DNA of 64,000 nucleotides. It comes from the human T2T-CHM13v2.0 reference genome, Homo sapiens. The notes below the pieces were generated by a model. The model ran no database searches and was not told the DNA's origin. It worked only from the letters and a program-made list of their open reading frames with translations. The position numbers and the translations under genes are program-made. Location of the stretch: the NCBI RefSeq assembly GCF_009914755.1, contig NC_060927.1, one strand, 5' to 3'. Positions 55,895 through 64,000 of the stretch are shown piece after piece (position 1 is the stretch's first letter; each line of letters opens with the position of its first letter).

Positions 55895-58800
55895 TACCTC
55901 TGTCACTTTTCTATTTGTCTTCTATTTTCCCTATAGTAGTTTTCCCTAATTTCCTGCATTATTTTCTTATTTGTGTTGTTTTTTGTAGTGAAATATTTAA
56001 ATTTCCTCTTCATTTCCTTTTTCGTGTTTTTGGTAACTATTTTCTTGGTGGTTATTATGGGCATTACATCTAACATCCTGAAGTTACAACACTCTAATTT
56101 GAATTCATACCAGCTTTCCTTCAATAACATATAAATCTCTGCCCTTTACAACTTTGCCTCATGCCCTCTTGGTTGTTGATATCACAAAATTACATCTTTA
56201 TACACTGTATATTCCCAAAATTAAAGTGATAATTGTAATGCATTAGTTTTTAAAGTTATGTAAAAAACTAAATCTGCAGTTGCAAACCAAACTTACAATT
56301 GTACTATCTTTTAGAGTAATAATTTATTTTTTAGTGTATTAGTACTTAAATCAAGTAGAAAACAAAAAGTGGAGTTAGAAACCTTTGTACAATAATACTT
56401 ACTATCTTTTATACTTGCACATGTATTTACTTTTATTGAGATTTTTTTTTTCATATGGCCTCAAGTTACTTACTGTCTAATGTCTTTTCATTTTACCCTG
56501 CAGAACTCCTTTAAGCATTTCTTGCAGAGGAAGTCTACTCATAATCAATTGACTCAGGTTTGTTTATCTGGGAATATTTAATTTCTCCCTTACTTTTGAA
56601 GGACACTTTTGTCAGATATAGAAATTTTGGATGACAGCTTGTTTTAGGACTTTGAATGTATCATCCCACTGACTTCTGGCCTCCAAAGTTTCTGATTAGT
56701 AACCTGTTCATAATCTTATTGAGAATAACTTCAATATGATGAGTTCCTTCTCTTTTGCTATTTATAAGATTTTCTCTTTCTTTTGAAATTTTGATTATAA
56801 TTATAATGTGCCTTGCTATGGCTTTTTTTTTTTTGAGTTCATCTTATTTGGATATATTGAGCTTGGATATTTATATCCATGTCTTTAATCAAATTTGGGA
56901 GGTTTTCAGCCTTTATTTCTTTAATTATTCCCTCTGCTCTTTTCTCTGTCTCTTCTTCTGAAACTTCTACATTGCATATACTGATCTGCTTCATGGTGTC
57001 ACAGTTTGCTTAGGTTCTGTTCACATTTCCTCAACCATTTTTTTCATTTTGTCCCTCAGACTTGATAATTTCCATTGCCCTATCTTCAAGTTCATGGATT
57101 CTTCATCCTCAAATCTGCCTTTGAATCCCTTTAGTTAAGTTTTTATTTCAGTTATTGTATTTTTAGCTCCAGAATTTATTTTTGGTTTATTTTTAGCATT
57201 TTTTAAAATTACTTTCTTGATATTTCCATTTTGTTCATACATTGTTTTTTTTTTTTAATTCTCTATACTTTCTTTTAGTTTTTTGAAAATCTTTTAACAG
57301 TTTTTGTTTGTTTGTTTAAGTCTTTGTTTAATAGATGTGCCACAGGTCTTTTTCAGGGACAGTTTTTGTTGTTGTTTTAATCTTTTGAATGAGTCATATT
57401 TCCTTGCTCCTTTGTGTGGGTCATATTTTCTTGCTTCTTTGTATATCTTATGATTTTCTTGTTCAAAACTTGACATTTGAATCTAATAGTGAGGTAAATC
57501 TGAAAATAAGATTCTTCCTTTTAGGGTTTCCTGCTTTTGTTACTGTTTTTTGGTTTGGGTTTTATTTTTTTTATTGCTATAGGCCTTCTCTGTGCCAAAG
57601 ATCAGCATGCGGTGTAAACGTAAGGTCTTCTCAGGGCTTTTCTAAGCTTGTGCCTTTCTCTAAGCATGTGTGGTCACTTTCTAATTTTTTCTGTGTCTTT
57701 CTCTTTTGTGCTTTTCAATCTTTTGCTTGCCTTTCATGTACGGCTCCCAAAGGAGGAAAAAGAAAAAAATAAACAGGAATAAAATGTACTACCCCTTTAT
57801 ATCTGAAAGTCATCTTAGCCGAGGGAGGTGTCTTTATCTGTACCTCTGTGATCAGAAGCAGCAATCAGCAATCAGAGCACAGTTCCTGATATTTGGAGGG
57901 CAAGGTCTTTTTTGGCTACCCTGGCTCCCACAAGCTGTGTGCAAGCTGCACCAGGAACAAGTGCACAGCTGCCTGCCACAGAGCTGAGAGTGAGGGATGG
58001 TTAGCTGCTACCGTGCTAAGATCTGAAATCAACTTCAATTTATCATCTAAACCTATCACTGAATATTGCAATTCTTCAGTAGACTTCAGATTTCCAAATT
58101 AGTTACATCAGACAGACTCTGCCAGTGCAATTGTTGCCTAGATGGGAAGACAGATTCCTGGTTCTTTCTACTCCACTATCTTTACAGAATTCTCTGTATA
58201 ATGATATTTGGTATTTTATTTCAGATTTGATGAAAACATAATTTGAATATTAATTTTAAAATTTATTCAAATGTTGTCAATGAACATTGTCAGACATTTT
58301 GCAGCATTTCTTTATATTGTTTAAAATTTTGTGGTCAGGATAAATTTTATTCCTTTCTTTTTCTTTAATTTTGTGTCTGGTTTGGAGAAGGGATGAAATC
58401 ATATATCATTGTTTCACACTGGGAATCTAATAAGATTATGACCACATGAATTTTCTTCTGCATTATTTAACTTAAACCACGTTTGGTTAATACAATTCGA
58501 GAAAATAAGATGCATTTAGAAGATAATGTATGTAACTCTAAATGAAATCAAAGGAATCAACTATATAGGACATAATCTCATGTAGTATTTATATAGTATA
58601 AGGAGAAAAATAATGAAGTAAACAAAAACATTTATTTTGCTTGTCAACTTTTACTATCTCCCCTCATGCATTCTATGACTACTCAGCTACTGTCGACCCT
58701 AAAGTGCTTTTACCTATGCTTATGTTGGCTCTATTAGCTCAGTGAAGTATCTCTGTAGGAGACATTACTCAGCTCAATTCCATCAATTGGATGTGCCCTT

Positions 58801-59240
58801 TTGAGTTGTTTTCCCAATACTGTGATTGTTATGCACCTTGCTGAGTCTTCCATCCAATGGAGATCAAGGATCGCTTTGTTTTCTACATCTACTAGGAGGC
58901 TCATTCTTTTTAGTGTAAACAACACAAAAATTTCATAGGCATGCATCATTTATAGCACAATCTAGGCAGCCGGCCTCATTAATGTGTACACCTAGAGTTG
59001 CTGTAACTATCAGTAAGAAACCGTGTTAATAAATAGCTTTGTTTATTTCACCTGCTAGGCTCTAATAGCATCCCCAAAGTAATCTTGATCTAACAGCTTG
59101 AGTCTTTTGCAAAAATGATCAAGTGATCAAGTCTTTTTAACACACAGATGTAAATTTCAGTGCTGTGCAGGATGCCAGGTTCAGGAACAGTTGCCATGAA
59201 TAGCAACAGAAATTTAATATGAATCATACAGTTCGGCTTG

Positions 59241-59661
59241 CGTCTTAGTCTGTTTTCTGTTGCTTATAACATAATACCTGAAACTGGGCAATTTAAAAAG
59301 AATTTATTTCTTACAGTTATGGAGGTTGAAAAGTAGAAGGTCAAGGGGCCACAGTTCATGAGGGCATTCCTGCTGGTGGGACTCTGCAGAGTATCAAGGT
59401 AGTGCAGGGTGCCATGTGGCAAGAAGTTGAGCATGCTAGCTGGCATCTATCTTTTTATAAAGCCCCAGTCCCATGAAAACCCATTAATCCATCAACCCAT
59501 TAATTAATTAATTCATTAATCTGTGAATGGATTAATCCCTTCATGAGGAAAGAGCTCTCATGACCCAATCACTTTTTAAAGGCCCTACTTCTCAATACTG
59601 CCACTTTGGGGATTAAATTTCAACATGAGTTTTGAAGGCAATAAACATTAAAACCATAGCA
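59241..59661 (-). mobile_element. MST (MSTC-like) MaLR solo LTR
   Basis: gtcttagtctgttttctgttgc...aaaccatagca; 5-bp TSD gcttg. Confidence 0.88.
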
Positions 59662-59764
59662 GCTTGAGTATACCCACTAACAGATTTTTAAGTCATTACA
59701 CTATATCTAAAAGAAATGAGGCAGTGGACCTAAAGGAAATCAGAAAGTTTACCTAAAAACCTGT

Positions 59765-59950
59765 TTTTATTCATTCAGAAAATATTTCATGAAGATCTAA
59801 GATGCTCAGGTTATGTGAGCCACTGAAGAAAAAGTACTAAATAAGTTTGACATCATCTTTGCCTTCATGAAATGTATATTTTGGTAAAGGAGAAAAACAG
59901 CTAAGTACACAAACCACTTCATTATGACACAATAAAATACTTCAATGTGG
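59765..59950 (-). mobile_element. L2 3' end relic
   Basis: ttattcattcagaaaatattt...tgccttcatgaa. Confidence 0.5.
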
Positions 59951-60961
59951 AATGAGAGTGAGTAACTTGGAGATTTACATCTGTTTCTCATTTTCACAGA
60001 AGTCAATGGCCCTAAATAACTAATGATTGAGTTTAATAGAGATTAATATATATAATTTTGATATTCAGTATTGCCAATCAGCTTATTTATGAGCATGCGC
60101 ACATGTGAATTATTTTACATTATGGTTCTGTGATAAAAATCACAATACATTATAGCTCAATCTTTATTATTAAAGATAAAACACCTCACATGCGATATTT
60201 AGAATTAAAATTTAGAAAATGAGAAAGTTAAGGTTTTCATAATATCTAATTATTTTACATTTATTATTTATTTATAAATTTAGCCTCTTTATACGTTAGG
60301 ACAAATAGTAATTTAAGAATGTTATATGTATATGTTTATGGGCTACTGAGAGAAAGTGTAATTGTTATTATTTCAGGTTGTTTAATTTAATGTTGGAACC
60401 TTAATATATTGTGTTAATGTCATTTAGGTATACTTTGTTTCATGCTATTTTTTGAAAAAATACAGCAATAAGTACCCTGTGGGTTAATTGAATCCATAGT
60501 TGAGCATTTACACATTAATTAACTTGAAGGAAAGTCTATTGAAGTATGCAAACTACTGAGTCAAGGTGTCAATTTTATTTTTCTTTTAATCAGATGGTCC
60601 AATCTGTGAAAGTGTTTATGGTCCTAGTTAGTAAATTTATTTACTAGTTAATAAACTAGTTAGGAAGTTTATTAAGTGTATTAAGTTTATTAAGATTACT
60701 GCAATGCTCCTGACAAAAAGGAACAAAATCTGTTTGAAATGGAAGTAATTTAATTATTTATAGAATTTAAGAGTAATTTATTATTGTTATACTTTGCAGG
60801 TTTTGCTTTTTCTAGAAGTGTAATTTACTTAGTATAAGAGATAATGTGGAGGTGTTAATAAGGTTAAGAACTCTCTACACACAACAACAGTTCTTAAACA
60901 CCACATGTAAGAGATTTTAATAGAAAACATCAAAAGCCATAATTATGCCACATTGCCCCTG

Positions 60962-60963
<2 letters not shown>

Positions 60964-61028
<65 letters not shown>
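60964..61028. repeat. Perfect (TA)n, about 32 units
   Basis: Directly visible. Confidence 0.97.
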
Positions 61029-61031
<3 letters not shown>

Positions 61032-61366
61032 CTCAGGTGCTACAAAAACTAAAGTAAATTATTTCTACAGTTATATAAGTTTATGTATTAATTTTTTTTT
61101 CTAAAATCCTAACTAAGTTTTAAGCACCCATTTGAAATGCAGGCTTATGGGGCAACCACTGGCCTGCAAATTTGAGTACCAGGGTTAGACATCTCACAAA
61201 TTCCCCCTGGTTTACTTATCTCATTATAAAAGAATTGGGTAGGTTAATAATTAACCTCAAGTCTCTTTTAGCAAATCAATGTTGCAATCCACAGTGGCAT
61301 GCTAATTTGCTTTTTCATTTTTGAATTTTATGTATTTTACTGTTTAAAAAAGAACCTCTGAATTAG

Positions 61367-61978
61367 AAATGGAAAACAGTATGGCAACTCTTCAAAACAT
61401 TAAAAATATAATTACCATATTATCTAGTAATTCCACTTCTAGATATATACCCAAAATAATTGAAAGCAGGGACTTGAATGGTTATTTGTGTACCAGTGTT
61501 TGTAACACCAATATTAACAGTAGCCAAAAGAAGGAAGCAACCCAAATGTCCATTAAAAGATGAATGGATAAACAAAGGTGGTATACACATACAATTGAAA
61601 AATATACATCCTTAAAACAGAAGGAAATTCTTACACATGCTATAACATAGATTATCCTTAAGGACAGGAGGCTAAGTGAACTAAGTCAGTCACGAAAGGA
61701 GAAAGGATGTATAATTCCACTTATATGATGTACCTAGAATAGTCAAATTCATAAAGACAGAAAGTAGAATAGTGGTTTGCAACGGCTGGGAGAGGACAAA
61801 ATGGGGAGCTCCTGTTTAATGGGTATGAAGTATCAGTTTGGGAAGATGGAAAATGTTCTGGAGATAGATAACAGTGATGGCTACATAGTAGTATAAATGT
61901 CCTTAATGTTACTGAAGTGTATGCTTAAAAATAATTTAAACGGTACATTTATGTTGTTTATATTTTACCATGAAAAAA
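61367..61978 (+). mobile_element. L1MB-type 5'-truncated element
   Basis: L1MB 3'UTR; decayed TSD aaaaga..tctgaattag on both sides. Confidence 0.88.
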
Positions 61979-63186
61979 AGAGTTCTGAATTAGTGGGAAA
62001 TTTTTGAGAAAAATTACGAGGACACAGAGAAAGCCAGAAGGGAGTCTAATTTTAGCAATTATTTTTTAAGGGGATTTTATGCTAATATGGTAGAACCTGT
62101 TAGTGTTACCCAAACCAATTTTTTGGAGTTTTAGTTTTTTTTTTTTTTTACATTTGACATAAACAGTAATTTTCTCCTCATTCTGTTATAAGTATTTCAG
62201 GAGACATCAAGAAAGCAGGGCAAATTTGAGGTATAGATAAAAATAAGGCAGACAAGTATTCTTTATGTAACACAGTTCCTTAGAATTATGTCACAGCTAG
62301 CAAAATTTCAAGGAAAAAAATCTAATCTTCATGATTAGAGTCATGTTTTAAAAGAGTATGCAAAACAGTTACAATATAAAAACATAATTTATTTCTATGC
62401 AACTCTGGAGACTTGAATTTAAATGAATATTAATTACCATAGTAACTGTAATTATTCGCCCTCAGCAAAATCAAAGGGAACAATTTCTAAAATAAAAAAG
62501 TCCTATTTAAATAATGTGTGATTTATTTTAGAATATGTTTGGAATTTACTTTTAAAAGTACATTTTTAAAACTTACTGATTTCTTAAAATTTAGAAAATT
62601 ATTTTTTGGCAATAACTTGAAGAGATTAGTGAAGCACAAATTGAAGACTTAAACTTGAGGTGTCTAGGCCTTTTAAAACTATTGTAAGCAACTTTTCCAT
62701 TCTAAAAACATACCTTCTCTCAGGTTGATTTAGGCTTTAAACAGAAGAGTCAAGATGTTTAAGTTCCAAAAGACTCTGCTGAATCCAAAGGAATAGGAGA
62801 ATTGCATGTTAACAAAACACATTATCAATAACTTAGTAACTAGACCTGCTCTACTTGATATACAGAATGCAATCACGGAAAATGAAAGATGTAGATATAT
62901 TCACCCTATAATGATTCAAAAGGCAAATGAATATCTCTTAAATTTTGTGTAAGAAGCTATTATCATAATCATATTCATTTAGAACTTCTACAGTACGATG
63001 TTGATTTTACTTAGATACATTTTTAAAGACTTTTAAAAAAAATTGGAATAAAGAGGTTTCAAAGAGATTAAAGCAGTAGATGAGCCTCGAGTTCTATAAT
63101 ATTCTATTTTATTTCTTCCAAATACTACCCTACAGACATCATTAGCAAAATGTTTAAAATATTATGACAGGAAAAATCATAAAGAC

Positions 63187-63477
63187 TTTTTTTTTTTTGA
63201 GATGGGAGTCTCACTCTGTTGCCAGGCTGGAGTGCTATGGCGTGATCTCGGCTCACTGCACCCTCTGACTCCCTGGTTCAGGGGATTCTCCTACCTCAGC
63301 CTCCTGAGTAGCTGGCACACGCCACCACACCCAGCTAATTTTTGTATTTTTGTATTTTTAGTAGAGACGGAGTTTCACCATGTTGGCCAGGATGGTCTCG
63401 ATCTCCTGACCTCGTGATCCACCTGCCTCGGCCTCCTAAAGTGCTGGGATTACAGGCGTCAGCCACCGTGCCCAGCC
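63187..63477 (-). mobile_element. AluSc-like
   Basis: Antisense dimer with a short internal deletion and a ttttgta duplication. Confidence 0.93.
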
Positions 63478-64000
63478 AGGACATTTTTATAGATTACAAT
63501 TTTTTACTCATCTATTTGCGGTAAATGGACAAAAGCTCCATCTTTGTGATTTTCATGTAAACAATTCCTGACTGAATTTAAATGAAAGGTAACTTTAGGT
63601 TTGTTTCCTTGGTTAATTTTTTTCAGTTAGAACTAGTCTGTTTTGATCATCCCTAGGTTAAGGGGTTTGCTTTGGTTTTCAACAACTTTGCTTTGCAAGA
63701 TGAAAAAGAATCTTACCCTTTGGGAGGAGTAAGATTCAGCCACTCAGTGGAGTAAAACTCTTAACTGCTACAATTCGGATTAAAAATTCATATTGCACCA
63801 TCAAAATTTCTCTCTCACAACAGTTAGGGAAATATACTCACAATTAAGCAGACTATCTCTATATCAGCCTGAGAAAATTCTGTACGGTATTGTTGTTTTC
63901 GCTTATGTTGAGATACCACATAGATTTAAGGTCTTTCTAACTAAAGAAACCTACACATTGTGATTTATTGATCCTTTGTATTTCCCTCTAAATCTAGATA

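Larger units (their letters stand above)
54255..58200 (-). mobile_element. Old L1M 5' part (endonuclease region, ORF1, 5'UTR)
   Basis: Antisense L1 motifs throughout; interrupted by an Alu and Tigger2. Confidence 0.75.

Noticed and set aside
59190-59207. GTTGCC...AGCAAC as an RFX X-box
   Set aside because: Half-site spacing is longer than the canonical X-box.

Overview
AT-rich, CpG-poor primate (human/great-ape-like) genomic DNA, identified by its Alu, L1PA and MaLR repeats. There is no intact protein-coding gene, RNA gene or CRISPR array. A large part of the window is transposon-derived: L1 copies of several ages, Alus, MIR/L2/CR1 relics, MaLR/ERVL/ERV1 LTRs and DNA-transposon MITEs. The long ORFs in the track are L1 ORF2 fragments or microsatellite/Alu artefacts. 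The most interesting signal is not in the ORF track. A chain of about 7 minus-strand exon-like segments (about 7644 down to 1, continuing out of the window) has GT-AG boundaries and compatible phases. After three single-base frameshift corrections it reads as a protein with a hydrophobic N-terminus and N-glycosylation sequons. I interpret this as the 5' end of an unprocessed, possibly unitary pseudogene of a secreted or membrane protein that I cannot name. Also notable are two 5'-inverted (twin-primed) L1s with intact target-site duplications (TSDs), a ~257-bp local templated duplication inserted into an MLT1J LTR, several rearranged LTR/L1 junctions and three microsatellites prone to non-B DNA. 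All repeat subfamily names come from recalled consensus motifs and are approximate.
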